Source: Podarcis gaigeae
Lineage: Eukaryota
DNA length: 64,000 bases
NCBI GenBank assembly: GCA_964106915.2
Contig: OZ066917.1
Direction: 5' to 3' (one strand)
In this document: positions 12,286-23,639 of the stretch, piece by piece
How the letters are laid out: every line of letters starts with the position of its first letter
Position numbering within the stretch: the first letter of the stretch is position 1
Position numbers and translations under genes: made by a program
The notes under the pieces: model-generated
Database searches by the model: none
Told to the model about the DNA's origin: nothing
What the model saw: only the letters and a program-made list of their open reading frames with translations

Positions 12286-14527
12286 TAATTATGCTGTTCT
12301 AATGGCATAATACATAAAAGAGATATAAATAAAACTTGTAAGATTGTGATGTTTATCAAAACATACTAATCAAAAATCCTCCACACGAGGTCAGAGAAAC
12401 TGCTGCAAGACTACCATGAATTCTTGATGTCCTGAATTCAGATCTCCATCACTGATCCCCCCTTTTTTTGACATGTTAGCAAACATACAAATCACTAACT
12501 CGTATGGCAATTTTTGTAGTGGATTTAGTATAATATTGGTAAGGTTTTCACTGTTTAGTAGAACTCTTAACTCATAAAAGAATTCTGTAGAAACATGTCC
12601 TTATAATTTCCTTCGTTTTGAAACAGCTTGACTATGTGCAGAAGCTGTTCTGCTCACACATCGCACCTTCACTTGCCTAGCAGACCTTCTTGCTCTCTTT
12701 TCCCCTACAGCCGCTTGTGTACCCTTCAAAGTCTGCTCCAATGCATAGGAGACCTCCCTGGAACAGATTTGGGGAGAGGAAAGATATAACTCCTTGTTTC
12801 CACAAGCCAGTATTTGAAGTGTAACTTCTAACAAGCTGACATACTCATTTTCTCTGCTCATGGAAGTTCCCACCATGTCTTTCATGAGTCACCTCCTTTA
12901 TGAATACGCATCACGCAAGCAAATCATTTGTGTGAACAGTTACGCACACATACCAGCCTCACTTCATAACACATGAATCACTTCCGGAGTACTTATTTGT
13001 CAGGGACAAATTTATTTTGTAGAACAATGACATTTCTCCATATTAAAATCTAGTAACTTTACAAAAGTAGGTTTAATGAGTTTTTGTTACTAATTTTTTA
13101 AAAATGGGACTTGGAACTAGCCACCTCATTTCTGAAAGCTAAAGAACATATTTTTAAGCTTTATTCTATTCTTACTAAATGTGAGGGGAAAGCAGCACAT
13201 GAACTTGTTCCTGTAACAAATCATGCTTTGGTATCACATCTGGACTGACCCGCCATCTGTTTGAGGCAGAGGGAGCAGCTGGTGTTGACTATGGTGGGGA
13301 CTACAGAAGGCAGAAATCAAATTAGGCCCTGAGAAAGAGAATTGGGGCAGATGAAGGTAGGAGAGCCTTAAACAGAGTAACTAGAAGTTGACATAAAAGT
13401 GGCAGATAATGCAAAGAGTCAAAGATCAAAGGCAGTTTGATGATACATTGCTGGATTCTAATTATTTCATTAATATTTCATTCATATCTTTGTATCCAGA
13501 GTTTAGTTACCCTGGAGGCAGTATTTTTTGTTATCAGAGTTTGTATATTATTTATTATTAACACCCACCCTTCACCAGCTGGTTTCAGTTCACAGTACAA
13601 CAATGTTAAAATTATAAATAATAAAAGCATTATTATTATTATTAAAAGTGGTTAAAATAATTCAGTGTCACAGGTATAGGGTGGGTCTTGTATAACTGAC
13701 ACTAATTTTGATTTTGATTTTCTTTGATTTTTAGCTGATTCTCATGCTCTTTAGATTAATGCTTCATTCATTAGGCACTGGCTCTTATGCCTGAGATTTG
13801 TTAATAGACTTGTTTTAAACTTTATAAAAAATGGAAAAGATATTACATCATTTTTAAGTTAGAAAATAAATATTTATCTTGATTTTTTAATGCTTACCAT
13901 TTCCCTTTTTAAAAAACTTTATTTGCACATAAAAGTCCAGAGGAACAAAGTTAGCAGTCAGTTTTGGTTTTTTGTATGTGCCCACTCACTTGGCAGCCCA
14001 CCTTTCCATATAAATCTAGCCAATTGATTGGCTGTACAAAAAAAAGTTATTAAAACCTGCACATAATCATAGGTGGAAAGTAGCCTTTCTAGACTGTGGC
14101 CCAAATCCTTTGCTGTTCTATCATCCCGATATATCTTTAGCCTGTTATTCTGGAAGACTGGGTACATTTAGCAGTTTCCTGACTCCATAAAAGCCTCAGT
14201 TTTCTTCTCTTTCATGATCATTTTCAAATGGTGACACACAATACAATGTACAGTAGTGAATACCAAAGAGAGGGGGTGTCCCTCTTTCTGAGATGATGAT
14301 GATGACCAGTATCACAGTAAACTATCTGAATCACGTATTTGTTAAGGAAGGCAGACCCCAACATCAAGTGCTTGCTTTCCAGTTTCCGCCGTCATTCCAT
14401 GGCTTCAGGTTTGGGCAGGGGACAGGACAGCCAAGGTGCTTCAGTTTGTCCCTGACTCTGTGCAGCCCACTGTGCCCTCCCCCATTCTTTTCAGTGCTTG
14501 TATTGGGACATTCTATTAACTGTAATC

Positions 14528-14663
14528 CAATCATAGGCAAACTTGGCCCTCCAGATGTTTTGGAGCTACAACTCCCATCATCCATACCTAACAGGACCAG
14601 TGGTCAGGGAGGATGGGAATTGTAGTCTCAAAACATCTGGAGGGCCGAGTTTGCCTATGCCTG
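14528..14663. mobile_element. Palindromic hAT MITE
   Basis: TIRs CAATCATAGGCAAACT / AGTTTGCCTATGCCTG with a perfect 8-bp TSD CTGTAATC. Confidence 0.92.
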
Positions 14664-14835
14664 CTGTAATCTATCATTTGTGTGAGGAGGGGCTTTCAAG
14701 CAACACTTTATAGGGAAACGAAAGTGCAAGGTGCTGTTTTGTTCAGGAAGAATTAGCTGATCAAAAGACTGCACAGCTGTGTGATGCGCTTCTGTTTTTG
14801 CTTGAATACAATTTCGGTACCTTCAAAATACTTTT

Positions 14836-15216
14836 GCTGATTTTTTTTCTTTTTTTCTTTATAGGAATTAAGCATGTACAATATGATGAGCAAAGACTGA
14901 AAAAAGAAAACCTCAGCTACAGAAATCTACTAGAAGAATATGAATATGTTTCCTCTGGAACCATGTTTTAAATAAGCTAATCTGGATCACCTTCATAAAT
15001 GCATGTGCATACCGCGGTAGAGATGCATAAAAATGGAACTTTTAGTTTTCCACAAAAACTTAATGAGAGAATCAATCAAGGACTACTGCACCTGTTCTGC
15101 ATCACATTTTGTAGGCAACAGTAGACTTGCTTATTAATCTGAATCTCAGTTCACCAATAACAAGTTAGTCCTTAAAGTGAATAAAAAGGGAGCCTTTGTG
15201 GATACTTGTATTGAAC
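14836..15216 (+). other. NRIP1: Splice acceptor and 5' UTR part of the NRIP1 terminal exon (exon starts about 14865)
   Basis: Branch-like CTGAT, then a ~20-nt T/C tract and ATAG|G at 14861-14865. The sequence just before the ATG (TTAAAGTGAATA...TATTGAACATG) resembles the mammalian NRIP1 leader as I recall it. Confidence 0.75.
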
Positions 15217-18200
15217 ATGACTCATGGAGAAGAGCTTGTCTCTGAGATGCACCAGGATTCCGTTGTTCTAACTTACCTAGAGGGATTACTAATGCATCAA
15301 GCAGCAGGAGGTTCGGGTTCTGCGGTTGACAAAAAGCCTGTTGGGCCTGGTGCAGAAGATCAGAACTTCAGGGTTTCTGGAAATACATCTCCCAGCTGTC
15401 AGAGAGATGGTTCAGTTGCAAATACGCATACATATCAAGGTTCTGGCATGTTGCATCACAAAAAGGCAAGGCTATTGCAGTCTTCTGAAGACTGGAATGC
15501 AGCAAAGAGAAGACGCTTGTCTGATTCTATTGTGGATTTAAATGGAAAAAAAGAAGCTTTGTTAGCTGGCATGGTTGAAAATGTGCCTAAAGGCAAACAG
15601 GATAGCACATTACTGGCCTCTTTGCTTCAGTCATTCAGCTCTAGGCTGCAGAGCGTTGCTTTGTCACAACAGATTAGGCAGAGCCTCAAGGAACAAGGGT
15701 ATTCCCTTAGCCACGATTCTCTGCAAGTTGAGAAAGACTTAAGGTGCTATGGTGTTGCATCCAGTCACTTGAAGACTCTCCTGAAGAAGAGCAAAGCAAA
15801 AGATGAAAAACTGGAGACTGGTCTGCCTGAGCTAACAGCTAATCTGGTTAAAGATCGGTTTATAGAATCTTCGCATACAGGACAAAGTGGTTCCAAGGTG
15901 ATGAGTGAGTCATTGTCTTGTGCTGCAAGATTACAAGCTGTTGCAAGCATGGTGGAAAAAAGGTCTAGTCCTGCTACGTCTCCTAAACCCAGTGTGGCTT
16001 GTAGTCAGCTAGCCTTGCTTCTTTCAAGTGAAGCGCACTTGCAGCAGTACTCCAGAGAACATGCTCTAAAAGCACAAAATGCAAGTCAAATTGCAAGTGA
16101 GAGACTTGCTGCTATGGCAAGATTAAAAGAAAGTGTTCCGAAAGATGTTGGCCATTTCAAACTGTCAAAAGGAATTGAAAGCCATCCTAATGGTCAGGTA
16201 AGATCTTCAACCAAATCAATAACCAACAAAAGCAATATGACACATTTTCAGAGTCCTATGGGGGTAATTCATTCATCTCCTAAAAGCATAGGCTACAAAA
16301 CAACGATGGAAAAAAATCATATGAAACCACCTACCAACAGTAGTTTACTTTTACATCTCCTTAAAAATCACAGTGCTACTAAGCAGACTAAAGGATATGA
16401 ACAGAATGAAAGGTCCAGTATTTTTGAGGAGAGTAGTACACCAACTACGGTTGATGAGTATTCTGACAACAATCCAAGTTTTACAGAAGATGACAGCAGT
16501 GATGATGAAAGTTCTCATTCTAATTGTCTTCCTATAGACTTATCTTTCAAACAGAAAACAAATAAACCAGATTCTGCGCAGCCAGCTTCTCTAGACAATT
16601 TAACCCAATCCATACTTCACAACTGGGATTCAAAAGTTCCTTGTCTAGAAAATGTAGAAGAGAAAAGTCCCTCTAAAAATGCAAAACTCAATCCACATCA
16701 GAAAGTAACTTTGCTTCAGTTATTACTTGGCCATAAAAATGAAGACAATGTTGAGAAAATCACAGAAACTGAGAGTGCATTAGTTTCAGCTGATGTGACA
16801 AAATTTAATTTAGCAATGGGTAACAGAACTCCTATGACAGATTGCTCTAGTACAAATCAAATTACTCCAATAAACACTCCTCCTCTGCTAAATTCTACAC
16901 AAGCGGATTCCCCCATCAACCTTTCACACCATTCTCCTTTATTGGTCAAACATAATTCACCACCATACACTTGCATCATACAGCCTGAAAGACTAATTAA
17001 TCCAGCTTCTAAACACTTGATAGATCTTACAGTACACAAAGAAATTCAAGGAACTAAACAGAGCAGAAATGAAACTGTACAAACAAATCCATCTTTTAGT
17101 GCAAGTAAACTTTTGCAAAACTTAGCTCAATGTGGGATGCAGTCTTCCATGTCAATAGATGAGCAAAGGCAGACAAGCAAACAAATGATGACTCTAAACC
17201 CAGAGAAACCAGTTGGATTGATAGATGGATTAAATAGCTCCCTGATTACTAATGCATCAGGTGCACTTGAAGAAAACAAAATTGTCAGTAGTCAGCCTCT
17301 ACCAGCTGAACAAAGATTTCCCAGTTCAGAAATCCAGAATCTACTTGAAAGACGCACTGTCCTCCAACTGCTTCTGGGAACCTCCAACAAAGGTATGACT
17401 GAAACAAAGGAGAGGATGCATTCAAAAGAAGAGAGTTTACAAGACCCGACAGAAAAGGCTTTGAATGAACAAATATTGACTGTAAAAATAAAAGCTGAAC
17501 CTTCTGAGGAATCAAATGCCCTTCAGAATCCAAATGCACAGCAAGTAAGGGAAAGTGTTAGCAAGAAATATCATGGAATAACTCATTCATTAGAGAGACA
17601 TTCAGCTACTTCTCCAGCATCAGAGGAATTTAAACCCAACCCTCTCTCACCTCAAGGCTTTTCTTTTTCAAAGAATGGCCTACTAAGTCGATTGCTGAGG
17701 CAGAGTCAAGATAGCTATTCTGCAGATGAACTGGACAGGAGCCACAGAAATGCGGAACAGACTTTTGTGGAATCAAAAAGCCCCAGCACAGTCCCAAAGA
17801 AGAGGAAGCTGCATCCTGAACCTTCAGAAGGTCATTTGAAATTGCTAAAAGGTAACAAAGGTAACATATCTGATGCTGCAAACAATAATAAGTCTTCTGC
17901 AGATGCCTTGTATGGTCCTGGACTCAACCAGAAAGAATTGAAATTTAGCAGAACTGATGTTGAATTAAAATACCCTTCAGGTCACGGTTCAAATAATGAA
18001 AGTGAAAATAGGAGTTGGTCTAGAGAAAGCAAAGGATTTAACGTGTTGAAACAACTGCTTCTGTCAGAAAATTGTGAAAAAGACGTGCCTCAGCATAGGA
18101 ATAATTCAGCAGTAACTGATGGCAAAAAGAAAGGAACAAAAAATAACCTCGCAAATAACAGCAAAACTGAATTCAGTGTCCCTTCAGTACATACGCTAAT

Positions 18201-18726
18201 GGGGAATCCTGGACAGCAGACCAATTGTTTGGATCACCGAACATTTCAGTATTCAGTTGCAATGAGGAGTCCTGCCAGTTCTCCCTTCACTGAACATTTG
18301 GGAGGCACAGTTTCATCAAAACCTGAATGTGACCAGTTTAGTGTTTGCCATGTACCTAGAGAAAGGGGGCCTATAAAATGGGTCATCACAGATACGGACA
18401 AAAATGAACATGAGCGAGATTCCCCAAGACTGACCAAAACTAATCCTATATTATATTACATGTTACAGAAAGGTGGGAATTCCATTAATATTCAGGAAGC
18501 ACATGGCAAAGATGTTTGGAGTGATACGTCATTTACAGAACATTCATCTGTTGTCACATTTAAGAAAGAGTTATCGCCTGTTGCAGAATGTAAAATGCCA
18601 TTTCATAATGTAAGAAATACTTACAGTAGTCATTCAAGTAATAAAGTGTCCCTTCAACACAATGTGAATGGAAATGTATACGGACTCTTAGACAAAGTAT
18701 TAACAATTAAAAAAGAACCAGAGTAA
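15217..18726 (+). CDS. NRIP1: Nuclear receptor-interacting protein 1 (RIP140), intronless CDS, 1169 aa
   Basis: The ORF from ATG 15217 reads MTHGEELVSEMHQDSVVLTYLEGLLMHQAAGGSG, the RIP140 N-terminus; the track's 15196 start is a TTG. It has nine LxxLL boxes (LEGLL, LASLL, LKTLL, LALLL, LLHLL, LLQLL, LQLLL, LSRLL, LKQLL) plus LYYML. It also has the CtBP motifs PIDLS and PINLS, basic NLS-like KRRR and PKKRK, and a C-terminal LTIKKEPE. Confidence 0.99.
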   Translation: MTHGEELVSEMHQDSVVLTYLEGLLMHQAAGGSGSAVDKKPVGPGAEDQNFRVSGNTSPSCQRDGSVANTHTYQGSGMLHHKKARLLQSSEDWNAAKRRRLSDSIVDLNGKKEALLAGMVENVPKGKQDSTLLASLLQSFSSRLQSVALSQQIRQSLKEQGYSLSHDSLQVEKDLRCYGVASSHLKTLLKKSKAKDEKLETGLPELTANLVKDRFIESSHTGQSGSKVMSESLSCAARLQAVASMVEKRSSPATSPKPSVACSQLALLLSSEAHLQQYSREHALKAQNASQIASERLAAMARLKESVPKDVGHFKLSKGIESHPNGQVRSSTKSITNKSNMTHFQSPMGVIHSSPKSIGYKTTMEKNHMKPPTNSSLLLHLLKNHSATKQTKGYEQNERSSIFEESSTPTTVDEYSDNNPSFTEDDSSDDESSHSNCLPIDLSFKQKTNKPDSAQPASLDNLTQSILHNWDSKVPCLENVEEKSPSKNAKLNPHQKVTLLQLLLGHKNEDNVEKITETESALVSADVTKFNLAMGNRTPMTDCSSTNQITPINTPPLLNSTQADSPINLSHHSPLLVKHNSPPYTCIIQPERLINPASKHLIDLTVHKEIQGTKQSRNETVQTNPSFSASKLLQNLAQCGMQSSMSIDEQRQTSKQMMTLNPEKPVGLIDGLNSSLITNASGALEENKIVSSQPLPAEQRFPSSEIQNLLERRTVLQLLLGTSNKGMTETKERMHSKEESLQDPTEKALNEQILTVKIKAEPSEESNALQNPNAQQVRESVSKKYHGITHSLERHSATSPASEEFKPNPLSPQGFSFSKNGLLSRLLRQSQDSYSADELDRSHRNAEQTFVESKSPSTVPKKRKLHPEPSEGHLKLLKGNKGNISDAANNNKSSADALYGPGLNQKELKFSRTDVELKYPSGHGSNNESENRSWSRESKGFNVLKQLLLSENCEKDVPQHRNNSAVTDGKKKGTKNNLANNSKTEFSVPSVHTLMGNPGQQTNCLDHRTFQYSVAMRSPASSPFTEHLGGTVSSKPECDQFSVCHVPRERGPIKWVITDTDKNEHERDSPRLTKTNPILYYMLQKGGNSINIQEAHGKDVWSDTSFTEHSSVVTFKKELSPVAECKMPFHNVRNTYSSHSSNKVSLQHNVNGNVYGLLDKVLTIKKEPE

Positions 18727-19104
18727 ATTATAATCATATTAGAAGTGTTTACAGTCAGGTTTAAATCTTTGCTTTTTTAAAAAAAAGTGTTGTATAAATC
18801 TAGCATGATTTGAGAAAAGCATGGTATAACTGAAACATGGTTTTGTTTGATGAATTTTTCTGATATTTAAAATACATGTAGCATTTTTTTATTTTTATTT
18901 TGCTTTACAGGAAATTTGTCACCAGGCACCTATCATCACAAGTTGTTAGCTACATCAAAATTCATAAGAAAACTGACTGCTGGTGTTTGTGCAAAGGTTT
19001 AAAACCATGGAGTTCAGCTTCCTGATATGTTTCCAAATCATACAAATGATGGCAGATGATCTTCCTGTGGACCTTGGATGTCATGATTTATTCTTATTTT
19101 AAAA

Positions 19105-19285
19105 AATTATTACTTTTTATTATTATTTCTTGAATTTGGTCTGTCCTTTTATCTTGCCTAGGGTAACCCAAAGCAACTTACAAACAAAAATCCCCACATA
19201 AATTAAAAGACATCCCAATTCCAAAAGGCCACAGATAGCTAAAAGCCTGGTTATATATAAAAGTTTTTGCCTGGCGCCTCAGGAT
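19105..19285 (-). mobile_element. L2-like LINE 3' end in the NRIP1 3' UTR
   Basis: (TTA)-type tail followed by CCCAAAGCAACTTACA and AAGTTTTTGCCTGGCGCCT, typical of reversed L2 ends. Confidence 0.5.
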
Positions 19286-21022
19286 TTATTCCCTTCCCTT
19301 CACCAGCAGGTCCCAGTTAAAAACATGGCAGGAAGCTGAACCACATGGGTGGAATTATTTACAAATATCTGAGCCAGTGTAGGGGGGAAATACAGAGGTA
19401 GCAGCAATTATTCTGGGTTATGTATTATAAAAAGGTACTTATTTGGAACTACTAGTACTACGCATGCAATGCATAAAGCTGACACTGCTGGCAGAGTGTT
19501 TTGCAGCATTTCATCCTGTCGCATGATATATTTTCCTTTTTGAAACTCTTAAGCACTAGGGCAGTATAACTTTGTGTTTTCATACATGTATGAAATGTGA
19601 AGAACCCCCTTTTTTTGTAAATGGAACACCAAGACCAAGGCATTAGTCTACTCTAGCATATTAGTAATCATCCTCAGTGTTAACTGGAGAAATGTATAGA
19701 AATTAAACCTTTGGGTGATTCCTAATGGCTTTTGATTGCATTTTAATATCTGGGAGAACCACAAGAAATATCTTATGTATTTTCTCTAGTTGCATTTGGA
19801 GACTGCCTTCCCTAGACACTCAGCTGAAATAAATATAAAACCCACTTTCATTTTCTCCCCATTTATGCTTGGTGAAGGAACACATTAGTGAACTTTGGAT
19901 TTTCCAGAATCAATGTTGCATTTTGTTTAAGAGAGAAAAAAGAATAGGTAACGCATCACGTTGGTATCTTTTCCCATCAGCTCAGTCTTGCTTTACAGTA
20001 TGAGCACTACTGAAGTATTGAAAATGCTGACATGTTTAGAAGGCTTTTTGGTAAGAAGGTGGCATATGTATTGATATTAGTGGTCAGTGAAAAGATCGTT
20101 TGTGGTAAATTAATTAATATTTAATAAACCAGAATTAAGGGAGATGAAGTATTGTAAATTGAAAGAATGGAATGGCAGTTTTTAAAAGTTCTGTTTATCG
20201 CTCTCCAACTTCTTAGACAAAATTTACCTAAGTAGGATGTTTTGAGTTTGTACTGAATTTTAGCTTCAGTAAAACCTGTGTCTACTGCAGTGCTTTTAAA
20301 CATGTAGCAATCTAACTCAGAAGATCAGTTAAGCTGTGATCCTATACACTAGGGTTGTAGAACAGGATTCCCCCACCCATGAGCCATGTTGATGAGTGGG
20401 TATGGCTGCAAAGCCTAATTTGGCTAATGGGCCCAAGCCCCTGCTCCCCAAAACCCTTATACACACATGGGAATAAGTCCCCTTGATTTCTGTGGTACCT
20501 ACTTCTAAGAGGCATGTATAGAATTGCACTGTTTGTTAAGTTGGGTTTTGATTACTTCACTTTTCTGTATAATTTACTATATGTTTTTAAAAATTACACT
20601 CTTCTAAGCTAAAAAGTTTATTGCAGCACAGTTCAAATGTGTTGAAGTCTTCCATTGATTTTGAGGGGATTTTTTTATCAATGTCCTAGAAAAAAAAATC
20701 AGACGAGTTCAGCGCATCTCAACTCAATGAGTGATTTTAATTATGGTGAAAGCATATATATTACTGCTGGCTGGATAAAGCTTTTACATACAAGAAGATA
20801 AATATTTTCAACCAGATCTTGTTTTACCTTCCATCATAAGCTTGGCATCAGTTGTAAAGCTATATAATTCAAACTTCTTTATTTTGTCACTGAACACCTT
20901 TTCTCTTTGCCCTGGTAGAGAAATGCATTAGAAATATTTGTTGCAGCTGTTAGTCTACAGAGTATCACAGCTTTATTATTATTATTATTTACATTATATA
21001 ATTAATACTAATATTTTAAAAA

Positions 21023-21083
<61 letters not shown>
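21023..21083. repeat. Compound (GT)n(GA)n microsatellite
   Basis: Directly visible. Confidence 0.98.
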
Positions 21084-21088
<5 letters not shown>

Positions 21089-21276
21089 GAGTGACAGACC
21101 AAATAGATTCATGGCCCTGGAGGAAATACAAATTTATAGGAAAATTCCAGTGCAAATTGGCATGAAAAAATTGGCTGAAGCTCTGTTGTATCCCACCATT
21201 TAGTCATTCTGTTCTTGTTGCCAATGGCGCCTTCAGGTGTACTTTAATTTCATGACAAACAACTGTTAGCTTATAT

Positions 21277-21390
21277 CAGGGACTGACAACCTGTGGCCCT
21301 CCAGGAGTTATTGGACTACAGATCCTGTCGCCCCTGACTATTCGCCATGCTGTTGGGACAACATCTGGTGGGCCATAAGTTGCCTTTGTC
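21277..21390. mobile_element. Degenerate hAT MITE in the 3' UTR
   Basis: CAACCTGTGGCCCTCCAG..TTGGACTACA..CAACATCTGGTGGGCCATAAGTTG matches the ~137-bp MITE family. Confidence 0.65.
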
Positions 21391-23633
21391 TTATACTATC
21401 TTGGTATAATCATAAACACTGCATTTCTCTATTCTGAATTAGGAAGATACTCTAGTGGATGATGGGCTTTTCATCACAGATGCTAGAGATGACAATTCTG
21501 ATAGTTAACAGTTTACATATTCCTCTTGGGAGTTATTTGCACAAATATTTTAAGAGCTCAGCTTACCTGTATTTATAGACAAATACACATTGCAGATTAA
21601 TTTTCCCCACAGTGAACCTTATAATGACAGCAGTTCAGTTGGTACATTTCATCTCAGTAATGTATTTCATTGACACCACAAATCTCAATAACGGGGTAGA
21701 ACACATTATTTCAAAAAGATTTTAGATATGTAATTACCTGCCTTAACCAGTAAAATGTAATTTAGGAAAGAAGGTGGGGCAAGACCATGCTTTGCTTGTA
21801 ACCATGTTACATAGTTCTGAATACAACACACACCTGCCAGGTATTCATCAGTGTAATATGTGACACAGGATCAATTTATACACTATGATGCATAGCTATG
21901 TGCTTAAACCTGAGACTTTGATCTGCCCCAATTGTGGGTAAAATAGGGGATTGATGGCAACATGCAGGTACACCTACACTTAGCCCCTTGCTGTTCTCCA
22001 AAGGCTTCTTTCAGCAGGACTTTAATCCATCAGTCTACCTGGAAGAGGAAGAAGAGGAAAAACTAAAGGGACGGGGGGGAGAGTTCTGGGTTTCTCAACC
22101 ACTAACCCCTTTTCGTTCAAAGTGGAGGCCCAGCTCCCATTTTACATGAGTGGAGGCAGATTTAAATTCATGGACCTGCAACTTTGTAGTTGCAACTAGA
22201 GACCTGTATTGGTACAGTTGAAAGGATGAATGAAATTAAGAGTTTCATCATAAGGACAGAAGAAAAAATAATTCACTGTCTTCCCACATAGTATGAAAGA
22301 GGAAAAATATGGACCTGTGTCGGAACATTTCTCTTGTTTCATTCTGTAAAGGCAAACACAAATTAGAACTTCATAAAAACATGGGCACTATATTTTACTA
22401 GAGAAAATGACTTAAAGCAGCAATCCTTTCCTCACTTAGAAGTAAACCCAATTGAGCACAGTGGGTCTTGCATCTAAATAGACATGGGTAGGATTGGGTG
22501 GCACATTTGGAATCCTAAGCCTGCTTACCTGAAAGGAAATCTGATGGAATTCAGTAAAACCTCTGAGCATGTTTAGGATTACCTTGAAAACCCATTTCTG
22601 TAAGAGCAGTTCATCTCTGAAGATAGAACACAACAGTTTGAAAGGGAAATCAGCCATGTATTTACTTCTTAAGCTATATATTTTTAAAAAATAGATTATA
22701 AAGTGCTTAATTTACATTTTTTTGAAATAAATGATTTAAGTTTCCCCCAGCAAAACATCAGTGAAATGTGATAGAGCAGTCATTAATGACAACAAAATGT
22801 TGCCAGTTTATCTCTGCTGCATTTTAGTTGAGTAAACTGGTAAGTTATATTTTATATATATGTATATGTATACATATGTAAATATATAGACTTGTTACAC
22901 ATACATGTTGAAATTGATTTTTAAAAAAGTGATGTAAATAGTGGTTTCTTTAATGAAAAAATACATATTTTGTATTCTATCTAATGCAAAGGAAAAAAAA
23001 CATTTTAATCTTTTTGTTATGTATATTCCATATATTAAATGTAAATATGATCACATAGGTTTAAATTTTTTTGCATGTATGTATACAGTTGCAAGTCTGG
23101 AAGAATGTATAGAAAATGTTTTATTTAATATTGTAATTACCTGCTGCATGAAAAATGCATGGGAGACCCTATGCATCTCTGCAATGGCAAATATGTCTTA
23201 AGTCAAACCAGATGTTTATCAAACACAATTGTATTCTGTTTCTGGACATGACTTCTGCTGTGGTATTTTAGCTTTGTGAAAGAATGTGCTTCAAATGAAA
23301 GGGTCTGGGGGGAAAGTCATTTTTTTTTCCTTTTCATTTTTTTAAAACGTAAAGAGCACCTCCCCACCCCCAACAGCAAACAATAACGTTTTGTTATTCC
23401 ATTTCAAACCACTGCAATTCTATTCTGGTATTGCTAGATGTGCAATACTGGTTTCGTTACCACACACAAGAATTCTGGGGTTTATGCAATCTTTTCGTTG
23501 TGGAATTTCACTAATTTAACTGTTCTCATTTTTATTAGGAAATGATTTATTCATGTGATGTCACAAAACTGTACATACTGCAGTGTGAGGTTTTTTTTAA
23601 TTCTTTCAGTGTTTACTTCCTACAGAAAATTTG

Positions 23634-23639
23634 AATAAA
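23634..23639 (+). terminator. Putative polyadenylation signal of NRIP1
   Basis: AATAAA with an upstream TGTA (23570) and a T-run, closing the UTR-like block. Confidence 0.6.

Noticed and set aside
15196-15216. 7-aa N-terminal extension in the ORF track (MWILVLN)
   Set aside because: It begins at TTG. The conserved RIP140 start is MTHGEE at 15217.
15326-18437. Short overlapping and antisense ORFs inside NRIP1
   Set aside because: They are 60-84 aa with no recognisable motifs, as expected as by-products of a long CDS.
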